Assembly: GCA_963422375.2 (NCBI GenBank)
Contig: OY729428.2
Coordinates: 1,088,001 to 1,152,000 of the forward strand
Direction: 5' to 3'
DNA length: 64,000 nt
Origin: Bryobacterales bacterium
Lineage (GTDB): Bacteria; Acidobacteriota; Terriglobia; Bryobacterales; UBA6623
Numbering within the stretch: the stretch's first letter is position 1; each line of letters opens with the position of its first letter. Both the position numbers and the translations under genes were made by a program. This document shows, one piece after another, positions 29,396-40,669 of this stretch. The notes under the pieces were generated by a model. That model ran no database searches. It saw nothing but the letters and a program-made list of their open reading frames with translations, and had not been told where the DNA came from.

Positions 29396-30764
29396 GGCGC
29401 ACCCAATTTATCCCGGATATCGCCGGTGTTCCCGGGCGCGGCACGAGGAACACGCGGCGCGCCCCCGCTGGGGGACGCGGCCTAGACCGGCCCTCCGCTG
29501 ATTCGCGACGGCCCGAAGAGGCCGGGGAGGAACAACCGTTCCAGTGCCGCCAATAAGGTCGGCCGGCCCCGTCGAGGCACGAGGCTCGCGAGGAGACAGC
29601 GGCGCACGCCGAGACAGTCCGGGCCTGCGTCCATCCTCAGCACTGGCAAGAGTGGAGTCAGGAATCCTCGGTCCGTGACTCTTGGCGCGCTCGGCAGCAG
29701 CCACTGCCCCGCACGCCAGCTCCCGAGCAAGATCCCGACCAAGGCCTCAGTCGGACCAACAAGGGCCCTGCTGCCTCAACGGGGGGTGCCGACCCTAGCT
29801 CGCGCGCCGCAGCCTCCGTTCAGGTCATCACCCTGCGGGGGTCAGCAGGGCTCCTCTTACGGCGCTTCGGGACTCGTTCGCATCGCGCCTGCGCTTGAGC
29901 GGCAGGTCGGAAGTCCCCTTGTCCCGGGATCCCGTCCCTAGCAATTGTGCGGGACGGCCCGCCTTCGAACGCGAGCGTGACGGACGTCGCGGTGGCCGAG
30001 CTGAATCGGTAATGGAATCGCCGGACACGTTGCGCAGCCGCAGGCTTGCAGAGCCGTACGACGGTCCGTGTGGCATGGGACACCGTTCCCCGCAGGACCC
30101 AGTCCGCCTTGGCCGCGGCCTTCGGCGAAGTGACTGCCAGCAACTAGGCAGGTATCCACAGGCCGGCACTGAGGCTTATTCCGCCCTTGCACCTGCGGAA
30201 GAATTCCTTGATCGCCTTGTCCACGCGTGCGAGCGTGCCCCCGACAACCTTGCTCCGAGCGCTGCACGGCTCGTCGGGCTCGGATTCTCGCAGCGCCGGC
30301 ATCCTACCGCACTGGTCGAACCAGCCGACGCGATCCTTGCGCCTTCCGGCACCTTGGTGTCAAGCCAGCGCAACCACCCCAGCGCCCCTTCGATGCCAGC
30401 GGAGCCCGACGTCCGGCTGTGCCCGTGCCCTTGATTGGTGCCTCCGACGGTCGCAACTTCATCATTCGGCGGCGACGTTCCGCTGCCAAGCGGCGGTCGG
30501 AGCCTTGCACGACGACTCCTGACGCTCTCCGAAGAGCCGCCTGCGGAGGTACCGCAGTCCGCAGAAGTCTGCGCCCCTGCAGTCGCGCCGAGCAGCCAGA
30601 GTTCTGCCGTTGGTCCGTCCGGCAGGGCGTATCCGGCATGGCTGCCTTGCGTTGCCCTTGAAGCGCTCTGCAACCGCCCTTCGCAGCACGCGCCCGGTGG
30701 CAGGAGATAGGGGCGCCCGCCCGGCAAGGGACCGCATTCTCGGACTGGTTGGCGCGGCCTCTCG

Positions 30765-32300
30765 TCACTGCGTCGCGCAAGCGCTCGGATCCGCGAGCGT
30801 CCGACCCGCTAGCCTGCCGCGCAACTCGTCGGCGGCGAGGTCGAACAGCGACGCCATCTGTCGGCGATGGTCCTCGGATGCGTAACTCCCGTTCTCGACG
30901 TAGAAGTCCTTCTGCCGGGCCAAGCTCTCGAGCAGCGCTTCGGCGTCGGCGGACGACCGGATCGGGTCGGTTCCGACCAGGACCCGGACGGCCGCCGTAT
31001 GCGCGACCTCGGCACCCCCGGGGACGACGCCCTCGCGGCCATGCCCCCGGACCGCCAGCCACGTGCTTCGATGGACCGGCAGCCTAGTCTCGAGAGCGAC
31101 CGAGAACACGTCGCCGTCGCGTTCAATCACGTCCGACGAAACCGCGACCCTGCCGGCTTGCACGAGTTCGACGACCTGCAGCTCGCGAGGGCTCCGCATC
31201 CGGATCCTCACCTTGACCTCGCCGCCTGCCTCCGGCAGGCACACGAGACCTCCTGGACCGGCGCTGTCGACCTCGAAGTCGATGCTCGGACCGTTCGTGA
31301 CGAAGGTCTCGCCCCGCTTGACGGCGGCGTTCCAAGCGGCCGACCCAATCCGGCCGCCGGTCCTGGCGTACATTCGCATCCCACCACCTAGGAAGGGCTG
31401 CCAAGGCTCCCGCCACGGGTTGTTGGGGAGGTCGCTCCCCGCTGTCGGCGCCAGGACGTAGCCGCAGTTCAGCAGGCGGTACCAATTCGGCAGAGGCCAT
31501 AAGCCGGTGACCCAGTTCGCGATTTCGATGAATTCGAGTTTGCCGAGCAGCGCGTCGAGAAAGACCGTCGGACTGCGTCCGAGCGTACCGCCGTGAGCAA
31601 CCCCGGCCAGCGCGCCCAATTCGCGGGCCCGGTCGAGCACGCCCGGGAAGAGGGGGTAGTTGCGGGGCGCATCCCGGACGCCAGCCATGATGGGCTGGAT
31701 CACTTCGCGCAGCCCGAAGAGGAGCAAGTGCCCCTGCAGTTGGTCGCGGTACTCCTCTCCGGCCACGATCGTGCGGCCGTCGCCGGACGTCTCGCCGGCC
31801 GGGCCGTAGGCGAACTGACGCGCCCACACCCCGGGGACCATGCCGCCCTTGAGCACCATGAACTGGGCGTGGGCGATGTCGCCCCCGTCCATCATCGCCA
31901 GCCAGTCGCGGTCGCCGGCTGCATCGACGCGGTCGTAGTGGAGGTGCGCGTCGGCGGCCCGCCACCCTTGCTCGCGAAGCCGATTCCAGCGCCGCAGCCG
32001 CAGGGCGACTTCGACTCTCTCGCCTTCCACGCGGACCTCGCCGGAGGCCGGGAGGTAGTCCAGTCCCTTCGCCGCGTCGACACGCACCCTGGCGGCGCCG
32101 GCATCGAGCGGGATCCAGACGGGCCCGGTCCCGCGGGCGTAGGCGACGATCTCGCTCTGGCGCTTGCTCACGTGGACCGAAGCGAAGCGCAGGCCGTGCG
32201 GCCCGACTGCATCCCCACGATCCCGACCGACCCGGCGTAATATCGGCGCAGCCTCCATGCCTCGCGCCGGCACGCAACCCTTCGATCCGACGACACGCAT
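30765..32300 (-). CDS. CehA/McbA-family PHP-like metallohydrolase
   Basis: GWRAADAHLH, GEEYR...GH, AHG, WYRLLNCG...AGSD, FVTNGP, AHT. Start uncertain. Confidence 0.75.
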   Translation of the reverse strand: MRVVGSKGCVPARGMEAAPILRRVGRDRGDAVGPHGLRFASVHVSKRQSEIVAYARGTGPVWIPLDAGAARVRVDAAKGLDYLPASGEVRVEGERVEVALRLRRWNRLREQGWRAADAHLHYDRVDAAGDRDWLAMMDGGDIAHAQFMVLKGGMVPGVWARQFAYGPAGETSGDGRTIVAGEEYRDQLQGHLLLFGLREVIQPIMAGVRDAPRNYPLFPGVLDRARELGALAGVAHGGTLGRSPTVFLDALLGKLEFIEIANWVTGLWPLPNWYRLLNCGYVLAPTAGSDLPNNPWREPWQPFLGGGMRMYARTGGRIGSAAWNAAVKRGETFVTNGPSIDFEVDSAGPGGLVCLPEAGGEVKVRIRMRSPRELQVVELVQAGRVAVSSDVIERDGDVFSVALETRLPVHRSTWLAVRGHGREGVVPGGAEVAHTAAVRVLVGTDPIRSSADAEALLESLARQKDFYVENGSYASEDHRRQMASLFDLAADELRGRLAGRTLADPSACATQ

Positions 32301-32411
32301 GCCTCGAGCGCCCCGCGCCGCGGGCCGTACAATACGGGCAGATGAAGAGTCAGCCTAAGGGCCGGGGGCGAGGCGCGGGTCACGGCCGAGAAGGAGGCCG
32401 CACCCCGGCGC

Positions 32412-33353
32412 GTGGACTACGACGGGGCCTACAAGGTCCTCTTCTCCACGGCGCGGATGGTGGTCGACCTGGTGCGCGGCTACGCCAGGGAACTCGATCT
32501 CGACGAGATCGACTACACGACCTTGGAGCCCGCGAGCCCCTCCTACCTCGGCGCGGAGGCCGTCAAGCGCTACGGGGACCTGCTGTGGAAGGTGCAAACG
32601 AAGGGCGGGCGGCCGGTGTACGTCCTCGTGCTGCTGGAGTTCCAGTCGAGCGTGCAGGACTACATGGCGGTGCGCCTGATGACCTACGTGGGCCTGCTGT
32701 ACGAGTCGCTGTGCCAGCGGCAGGGGTTCCCCCCGCTGCCCATCCTGGTGCCGGTGGTGCTGTACTGCGGCCGGGACAGGTGGACGGCCGCGGACAGCGT
32801 GCGCCCGCTGGTGCTAGCCGAGCCGGCGGCCCTGGCGGGCTTCGTGCCGGGGTTCCGCTACATTCTGATCGACGAGCGACGCTGCGAGCTACTGGGCCTG
32901 GAGCAGCGCAACTTGGTGGACGCGATGATTCGCTGCGGGCGGGCGGCGTCGGCGCCGGCGGCGTCGGAAGAGGTGCTGCGGCTGCAGGAGTGGCTGCGGG
33001 GGGACGCGAACGCCGCGCTGCGGCGGGCCTTCGTGACCTGGCTCGACATCGTGCTGATTCGGCCGCAGTTCCCCGAAGTGAAGCTGAAGGCCGGAGACGG
33101 CCTAGTGGAGGTGGCGAAGGTGCTGGGAAACTCTATGACTTGGATCGAGCAGGCGGAGACGGAGGGCCGCGAGGAGGCGCTGAGGGACACGTTCCAGCGC
33201 GTGGTCCGAAACCGGTTCGGGGAACCCGTCGCCGAGGCCGTGGCTTCCCTGAGCCGGCCGTTCGAGTCGGGCGAGACCTTCGCCCGAGCCCTGGACCGGG
33301 CCTACGTCTGCCGAAGCGAAGACGAGCTCCTCTCCAAGCTGGCCACGCTCTGA
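32412..33353 (+). CDS. Rpn family recombination-promoting nuclease / YhgA-like PD-(D/E)XK protein
   Basis: DGAYKVLFS, GDLLWKV, LLEFQS, MAVRLMTY, PVVLYCG..RW and a C-terminal EGREE/RFG tail. Confidence 0.85.
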   Translation: MDYDGAYKVLFSTARMVVDLVRGYARELDLDEIDYTTLEPASPSYLGAEAVKRYGDLLWKVQTKGGRPVYVLVLLEFQSSVQDYMAVRLMTYVGLLYESLCQRQGFPPLPILVPVVLYCGRDRWTAADSVRPLVLAEPAALAGFVPGFRYILIDERRCELLGLEQRNLVDAMIRCGRAASAPAASEEVLRLQEWLRGDANAALRRAFVTWLDIVLIRPQFPEVKLKAGDGLVEVAKVLGNSMTWIEQAETEGREEALRDTFQRVVRNRFGEPVAEAVASLSRPFESGETFARALDRAYVCRSEDELLSKLATL

Positions 33354-33440
33354 GGCGGCGCAGGCGAGTGCGCCTTGGCGGGCGGATCCGCTGCCGACTT
33401 GGCTGGGTCGCGCGCTCCCGGCAGCGTCAGCCTCGCCTAG

Positions 33441-35350
33441 CCCGCATTATTCATGGATGCGGCGCAGGCTCATGGATCCGGTTTCCGGGCCCTCGATGGC
33501 CGCCGAATCTGCTTCCGAATCGCCTGCGGGCGGGGCTTGCGGGACGTCTCGCGAGCGGCGTGCGGGCCTCGGGCACCTCGGCGGCGGCGTCCGCCCGGGA
33601 GACAGGCACGGTTTCCCCCGGCGGCGCCCCGCGCCTGCCGACGCACTCTCCCGAGTGACCCGGCCCGGGGTCATATCGGCGCGGCCCCAAGCCCCGCGCC
33701 ACCACCACCCAGGCGTCCCGGAACGGTGCCGTCCGCGGCACTCGCAGCACGATCCGCTTCGCCGTGACCGCGACCCGCGCCCCCGGCTTCGGCAGGCCGA
33801 GGCGCAACCCGTCCACCCGGCGCTTCCGCAGCGGCGTGTCCCGTGCCTGCCAGCGCAGTTCCTGCATGATCACGCAGGCCGCCGCCGCGAGCGGCACGCG
33901 GAACCGGTTCGCCGCGAAGCTCGTGCAGCTGGCGCGGTCCATCCGCATCCCTTGCTTGAGCTCCTTGATGCGGTTCTCCACGTCTCCCCGCAGGCAGTGG
34001 ATCCGCTCGTAGAGGCGCTGCGGGCTGCCGCCCGCGTTGGTCACCGCGTAGCGCGGGTGCCACTGCGGGGCGCGCCCGGGAAACTCGCTCACGTCCGCCT
34101 TGACGATCACCCGCCGCGCCCGCGACCGGCGGCCCGCCCGGTAGACGAACTGCCCGTACAGCGGGCCCGGCCGGCCCCCCTGCGTGCCGGCTCCCAGCCG
34201 CGCGTACTTCGCCCGCAACTGCTCCAGGCGGGTCCCCCGGGGCCGCCCCTTCCCCGCCGGGGTCCGTGCCCGGGATGCCGCCGGGCGCGCGCCGGGCCTC
34301 GACGGCCGCCCGCAACGGGGCCGCGCGCCGCTCCGGCACCGCGTTCTTCTGCAGGCACGCCACGTACTCCAGGCCCTCGCGCTCGCCATAGGCCAGCAGC
34401 TCGTCCCCTTGGAAGCCCGCGTCCAGGCGCAGGCGCAGCGTCGCCCGCGGGAAGAATTCCCGCAGCAGCGGCAGCAAGCGGTCCAGCAGCGGCAGCAAGC
34501 CCTCCGCGGCCGCCGCCGTGCCCGAGCGCAGCAGCGCCGCCACGAGATGCCGCTCGCGCTCGTCGTCGAAGCGCACCGCGCCCACCAGCGGCAAGTAGCA
34601 AGGCAAGTAGCAATGCGTGTCGTAGAAGCCGTTGCACAGCGCCAGCTGCCGGCCCCCGTGCGTCGGCTCGCAGGTCGGGTCGAAGTCCAGCTCGACGATC
34701 CTCGTCTCGGGGCGCCGCTCGTGCCGGCGCCGCACGACGCAGCGGGCCGGTACCGCGGACAGCGCGCTCGGCGCGTCCGCGGTGCCGGCGTTCTCGAAGC
34801 GCGACAGGGTGGGCCGGGACGGCAGGTCGCGACCCTGCCAGGGGTCGCGCCCGAGCGGCAGCTTGAACACGGGGTCGCCGCCGAGGCGCCCGGCGTCGTT
34901 GCAGTCCTCGCAGCCGCAGGCGAGGCCGTAGATGCGCTGGCCGAGCATGTCGGCGAGGGAGTGGAGCACCTCGGAGGGCTGGCGCCGGTCGCGCAGGCAG
35001 TCGGCGAACGCCGCGGTGAGGCCGAGAGCGCGGTCGGCGATCACGACCGGGACAGCGCCGCCGTCGGAGCTGCTGCGCTCGTGATCGAAGCGGACGGCGA
35101 CGGGGCGACGGCGCGGATTGCGGGACGGAAGGCCTTGGGAGCCTGCGGCTGCGACCATGGATTCAATAGCACCTACCGGCTGAAAACAGTTGCAGTCAAT
35201 TGACTTGGATCTCACCCGAACCGGGCCGGGGTTGCCGCCGGGGATCGCAGGGCACTCGTGGGAGCGAGGATCGCGCTGGACCGGAGGCCCTCACGGCCCG
35301 GGCGGAGGGACCGGACTATGGCCCTCCGGGCTACTCATGAATTATCCGGG
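33441..35350 (-). mobile_element. IS1380-family insertion sequence
   Basis: Inverted ends CCCGCATTATTCATG / CATGAATTATCCGGG; CTAG on both sides (33437-33440 and 35351-35354); encloses a transposase. Confidence 0.88.
33671..35215 (-). pseudogene. IS1380 DDE transposase, frameshifted
   Basis: SSDGG, EDCND, PTLSRFEN, LDFD, CYLPL and RLDAGF in one frame; RGDVENRIKELK in another frame; CYLP duplicated. Confidence 0.85.
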
Positions 35351-35411
35351 CTAGGACGCATCCCTCAACGGCTCGATGTCGATGCGTCGCAGGCGAAAAG
35401 CGACGCGACAC

Positions 35412-35753
35412 TCAGTCGAAGTGCTCGTCCAGAGGATCGAACGCCGGAATCGGGATGTTGAGAATCCGCAGGTTCCCGCTAGCGCGGTGCCTGCAGCCGG
35501 GCCGGATCATCACCGACGTCAGCGGCCGCAGAGGGTAGGTGCGTCCGTCGAGCTCGATGCTGCCCTCGCCCTCCAGCACGACGTAAATCTCCGTCATGCC
35601 CTTGTGGTAGTGCGTCTGCGAGTCGGCGCTGATATCGGTCAGATGCACTGTCGCGACATCGTTGCCCGGCCCCGCGAATGCTCGCCGCGCCTGCCCGCAA
35701 GGGCAGGCGACGGGCGGGACCTCGTCCAGCTGGGCGATGCGAAATCTTGCCAT
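35412..35753 (-). CDS. Cupin domain protein
   Basis: CPCG, HYHKGMTEIYVVLEG and PGCRH cupin metal motifs. Confidence 0.82.
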   Translation of the reverse strand: MARFRIAQLDEVPPVACPCGQARRAFAGPGNDVATVHLTDISADSQTHYHKGMTEIYVVLEGEGSIELDGRTYPLRPLTSVMIRPGCRHRASGNLRILNIPIPAFDPLDEHFD

Positions 35754-35886
35754 GGAGGTCCCTTCTGCAACCTGCCGGCCTATCATACCTATCGCTGTCC
35801 CGCCCGCGGCCCGACCGAGGCACGCACCGCGCGTTCCGGCGTCGCCGCAGTCAGAACCCGAGAGAAGCGAGCCGAGGGGGCGACTC

Positions 35887-36741
35887 TCACCGGAAGCTGC
35901 GCCAAGCGTCGTCGCATTCCAAGCATCCCGAACCGCGCTCGTGCAGGAAGACGGTCGCATCCCGCTCCAGCTCCCGCCGGACCGCGTCGACGATGTCCCG
36001 AGAAGCTGCGAGTCACGCGGGCGCGTATCCGACCCTCCCCTCGGCCTGCCGACCATCCGTCCGCAACCAGTCGCCCGCGAGACTGAACCGGCTGCAGCAG
36101 TGGTCGTTCTCCTCGTAGTCGACACGAAGCGCGACGCCTCTCGAGATCACGGTGCAGTGCCTTGCCATGCGGTACGGCACGCCGGCCAGGATCTCGGCCA
36201 GGTGGATCGTGGTGTTCGATTCGTGCCCGACGCCCGCGAGCAGCAGCTTGCCTTGCAACTCCAGGACCCGACCGACGGGGCTCTTCATGCCGTGAGGGGG
36301 AAAGCAGATCGGATCCGCCGTGACGGCCGCTGCCTTCGGCCCCGCCGCGGCGAAGGCAAAGGGGTGGTCGCTGCGCTCAACGCACGGCAAGCGCCAGAAC
36401 GTGTCGGCGACAGCTCCTAGATCCGGGTTGGCCGGGGTGACGCCGGTATAAAACGGGGCGTCGTCGTTGCCGGTGTACGACGGCATCACCAGCGTGCCGT
36501 CCGGACCAAGCGCCTGGAGCAGGCCGGCGATCAGGCCGGCAGGCCCTCCCGCGGCCGGCCGGATCGCGCGGTACGAGGCGTGAAACAGGAGCGTCTCCCC
36601 GTCCCGGACACCCAACGCGCGAAGTTGCGCGGCCACCTCCGACGGGGGAAGCGACCGCTTGGCCTGCCAGTCCCGATCCGCAGGCGTGCGTCTTGGGGCG
36701 TGGGCGGTCCGCCTCACGGCGTCGCGTAGCGAAGTTCCCAT
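35887..36741 (-). pseudogene. AAC(3)-family (AAC(3)-IV-like) N-acetyltransferase with a premature stop
   Basis: LLFHASY, GTLVMPS, RSDHPFAF, NTTIHLAE, ENDHCC. The TGA at 36013-36015 is followed in frame by LAASRDIV...FLHERGSGCLECDDA. Confidence 0.8.
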
Positions 36742-38819
36742 CGGTCCGGGTCCCCGGTGCAGGCCGCCGCCAGCGACCTCAGCGGGGCTCTGGCCTTGAG
36801 GACCATCTCGTCAAACTCGGCGCGCGGGTCCGACAGAGCTACGATTCCGCCACCAGCGCCGATGGTCGCGCGCGAGCGGTCCGTGACAATAGCCCGGATC
36901 ACGATGCTCAGGTCCATCCGGTCGCCGTACGACAGGAAGCCGAGGGCTCCGGAATACGGTCCCCGGGCGCGGCGCTCCAAGCGGTCGATGATCGCCAGCG
37001 TGCGCTGCTTCGGTGCGCCCGTCATCGATCCGCCCGGAAACGCGGACTCCAGCAGGTCGAGGCAGTCCCGATCCGGCCGGAGCCTGCCCGTCACGGTGCT
37101 CACGAGGTGGTGGACAGTGCTGTACGACTCGACATCGATCAGCTTCGGGACCCGGACCGACCCGACCGCTGCGACACGCCCGATGTCGTTCCTCAGGAGG
37201 TCCGCGATCATCAGGTTCTCCGAGCGCGACTTCTCGTCGGACCGGAGCCATGCGGCCAAGCTCGCGTCACTGGCGCTGTCCGCGCCGCGGGCGCAGGTGC
37301 CCTTGATCGGCTTCGCGGACACGATCCGGTCGCGCGACACCCGCAGGAAGCGCTCCGGCGAGGAGCTGAGCACCGCGAAATCGCCGAATCGCAGATAGGC
37401 GGCGTGCGGAGCCGGGTTGAGATCACGCAGTCGGAGGTAGGCATCGTACGGCGCGAGCTCGAAGTCGGCCGAGAATTCGCTGGTCAGGCAGATTTGATAC
37501 GAGTCGCCTGCCGCCAGGTGGTCTAGACAATCGCGGATCTTGCACCGGTACGCGCTCGGACCGTCGGCCAGCCGCACTATCAATCGTTCTGCGCCGGGCC
37601 GGGCCCGGCATGGGGCCTCGACCGGGTCGCTCAGCCGTTGCGCGATCCAGTCGAACCACGGCGCAACCTCCTCCTCGGGCCTCTCGGCGCTGGCGACAAG
37701 CAGCACCTGGCGCTCTTCGTGGTCGAAGACCACGCAGCGGTCGGCGTCTATGAAGGCGGCGTCCGGCAGGCGCGATGCCCTGCTCGCGGGCGAGCCGAGC
37801 TCGTTGCGCATTTCGTAGCCGAAAAACCCCACTAGGCCGGTCTGGCAGTCGAACGGCAGCGCCTCGTCAAGACGCATCGGCCGCGCGAGGCGCGCACGGA
37901 GCTCCGAGACCAGCGATTCGACCGGTCGCGTCCGAAAGAGCGAGCCTCGACCGACCGCTAGCGTGCGGTCTGAGCACCTGTAGCGGAGCACTTCGCTCCT
38001 CGGGCCGGAGTCGTCGCCCATCACGCTGAACCTCGAGACACCCGGCACGAAGGCGGAGCTGTCGAGCCAAAAACTGTTCGCCGACTGGCGATACAAGAGC
38101 TCGAAGGCTCGCTGCGGGGGAATCCAGCGCTCCAAGAGGCGCGAGGCGATTCGGCACTTCCGGCCCTTGCGAAAGGCAGGCCTTGCTACAGCAGCAGGCC
38201 CGGCCGCGGCCCGATCACGGGGACGGGGCGCCAGCCCGCCGGATGCAAGGCGAAGGAAGTTGCGGATCAGCCGCTCGCCGTACTCCGCCGACACGGACTC
38301 CGGGTGGAACTGGACCCCAAACTGCGGCCGATGCCTGTGACTCACCGCCATCGGGATTCCGTCCGCAGTCGAGGCCGTCACTTCGAGACAGCCCGGAATC
38401 GAGTCGCTGTCCAAGCAGAGCGAGTGGTACCTCACCGCGTCAAACGACTGCGGGATTCCGTCGAACAAGGCACCCCCGTAGTGAGTGACCCGCGAGCTGC
38501 GCCCGTGCATCGGCACCGGCGCTCGCTGCACTCTCGCCCCGTAAGCATGGCCGAGCCCTTGGTGGCCCAGGCATACACCGAGCAGCGGAACGTCCGATTC
38601 GAGGATCAAATCCAAGCAGGTGCCGAAATCGGACCGCCTTGCCGGAGTTCCCGGGCCCGGCGAGATCAGAACCGCTTGGACCTTGTGCCGACCGACTATG
38701 TCCCTCCATCCCGTGCAGTTGTTCGGCACGACGATCGGCTGGGAAGTGGTGACCGAGGCAACGACCTGGCTCAGATTGAACGTGAAAGAGCCCCGGTTAT
38801 CAACGATCAGGACGTTCAT
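36714..38819 (-). CDS. pabB: Fused aminodeoxychorismate synthase (PabA-PabB)
   Basis: GATase motifs ISPGPG, GVCLGHQ and QFHPES; chorismate-binding motifs SSPERF, KPIKGT, ENLMIADL and FPGGSMTGAPK. Confidence 0.88.
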   Translation of the reverse strand: MNVLIVDNRGSFTFNLSQVVASVTTSQPIVVPNNCTGWRDIVGRHKVQAVLISPGPGTPARRSDFGTCLDLILESDVPLLGVCLGHQGLGHAYGARVQRAPVPMHGRSSRVTHYGGALFDGIPQSFDAVRYHSLCLDSDSIPGCLEVTASTADGIPMAVSHRHRPQFGVQFHPESVSAEYGERLIRNFLRLASGGLAPRPRDRAAAGPAAVARPAFRKGRKCRIASRLLERWIPPQRAFELLYRQSANSFWLDSSAFVPGVSRFSVMGDDSGPRSEVLRYRCSDRTLAVGRGSLFRTRPVESLVSELRARLARPMRLDEALPFDCQTGLVGFFGYEMRNELGSPASRASRLPDAAFIDADRCVVFDHEERQVLLVASAERPEEEVAPWFDWIAQRLSDPVEAPCRARPGAERLIVRLADGPSAYRCKIRDCLDHLAAGDSYQICLTSEFSADFELAPYDAYLRLRDLNPAPHAAYLRFGDFAVLSSSPERFLRVSRDRIVSAKPIKGTCARGADSASDASLAAWLRSDEKSRSENLMIADLLRNDIGRVAAVGSVRVPKLIDVESYSTVHHLVSTVTGRLRPDRDCLDLLESAFPGGSMTGAPKQRTLAIIDRLERRARGPYSGALGFLSYGDRMDLSIVIRAIVTDRSRATIGAGGGIVALSDPRAEFDEMVLKARAPLRSLAAACTGDPDRWELRYATP

Positions 38820-39289
38820 GGAGTCCGGGCGTTCGCTCGCATATGCACGGGACGCGTTGGCTTGCAGTCCAGAGGATCGCCGAACGGCAGCAACACGGAA
38901 GGCGGTAAGTGCACTGACCTGTCTGCAGGCGGGCATCAAGCGGCTCCGCAAGGCCGCTAGGCGCGAGGTCAGGAACGCCCGCGCGAAGACAGGTTACGGA
39001 GCGGAGCCCTCGAGGACGGAAGCGGCCCATGCCCGGAACTCCCTCTGCGTCACCCGCTAAGTGTTCCATCATTCCAACGATTGCCGGTGCGGCGGACGAC
39101 TCGTGCAGGCACCGTTTCTCGCGACCCGAGTGCCGGTTGCAGGGCTTTGCATCGGGGAGTCAGCAGCTCCCTCAGTCCCTACCAGGCGGGAAGGCGAGGT
39201 GTCCCTCCATTTATTATTCTGCACGGAAGCGGCTCGCCGGTTCTCGGCGGGAACCGGAGCGGACGGTGAGGCAGCGCGGTCATCCGCCC

Positions 39290-40277
39290 GATCCGCATTC
39301 CAGTCCGGAGCCGGTACCCGCTCCCGCCACTGCTGCAAGCGCTCGGCGACGATGGACCGTATGTCGCCGTCCGGGAGGCGCAGCACGTACTGCCGATGCA
39401 CTTAGAGACCGAAGTGCTCCAAGTCGGAATAGCTCACGCCGTGTAGACGCTCGGCCAGCGCCGTCAGCGAGTGGCCCAGTCTTGACTCGAGTCGCTGTTC
39501 CAAGAGTCGAAACCTCTCAGCTGCAAGCGCCACCGTCGGAGGTGGCAGCGTCCACCGCACCTGGAACCGACGCCAGACCGCTCGATCGAGCAGCTCCGGT
39601 TGGTTCGTCGCCGCAACCGCGACGACATGACTCGGCACGGCATCGATCTGCAGGAGGAGAGATCCGACAACCCTTTTTATCTCGCCCGTTTCGCGGAGGT
39701 CACCGCGCTCCTTGCCGACTAGGTCGAACTCGTCGAACAACAACACGCATTGACGGGTGCGGACCTGATCGAACAGTTGCGAGCAACGCACTGCGGTCTC
39801 TCCGGGATGACTGGCGAGCACGGATTCATTGCGGACGGTCAGCAGCGGGACAGCCAGCTCCGTCGCGAGCGCTTCCGCCAGCGCAGTCTTGCCGTTGCCG
39901 GGAGGGCCGGTGAGCAGGACGCGGTGCCTCGGCTCCAGACCGTGTGCCCGCAGCAGGTCAGCGCGCCGATACTCCTCAATCAGTTCCCTGGCGGCCCGCG
40001 CCACCGCGTCAGGGAGCACGAGTTCGTGCAGCCGCCGTTCCGGCGACGTCTCGCTGTACAGGTCGACGTCCGGTACGTCGCGCCGATTGGCTGGCGCCGC
40101 ACGGTCCGCCTGGCGAGCGCTGGTCGGTTGACGATGCGCCGCGAGTCGGTCCGCCAGCACATGGTGCTGCTTGGCGCGTTCGTCGGCGACAAGGGCTTCC
40201 AATGACTTGCGAAACCCCGCTCGGTCACCGCGCGCACCTGCGCGAACGAGATCCAGCAGTTGACCCGAACGTGCCAT
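39290..40277 (-). pseudogene. AAA ATPase of the IetA-like (S8-protease-associated) type with a premature stop
   Basis: Walker A GPPGNGKT, FDEFD, GEIKRVV, ATN..ELLDRAVWRRF. The TAA at 39402-39404 is followed in frame by VHRQYVLRLPDGDIRSIVAERLQQW. Confidence 0.75.
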
Positions 40278-40669
40278 GCCAGGAGATCTCCGCCGGGAGG
40301 GCTCGAACGCGTTCGGAGACTATCCCGGCCATCATTGATCAGCCGAATCCCTCAAGCAGATCCGGCCTGCCTACATCCAGTCTCGCATCCTCCGATCCGG
40401 CTCCCGAAGCCGGCGTCGCACCGACCGAAATCCCGCCGACAACGCGAGAGAGACCGGCGAGGGCGTTCGCAATGGAGCATGAATCATTCAAAGCGACGTA
40501 ATGGCAGACCATATCCTCAGTTATCCTCAGTTGAATCTAGATTGCATGGCGTAACAGCGAGGCTCCTATTCAAGCTAAACTTGCATTTGGTCGGAAGCGG
40601 GCAGGCGGGCACGCGATGGAATCCAGTTCCGAACGGCTGTGATAGCCTACTGGGAAAGTCACGCGCCCG

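Noticed and set aside
36013..36015. Selenocysteine or programmed readthrough at the in-frame TGA
   Set aside because: The position corresponds to a probable Arg, so a CGA-to-TGA transition is simpler; no SECIS was recognised.
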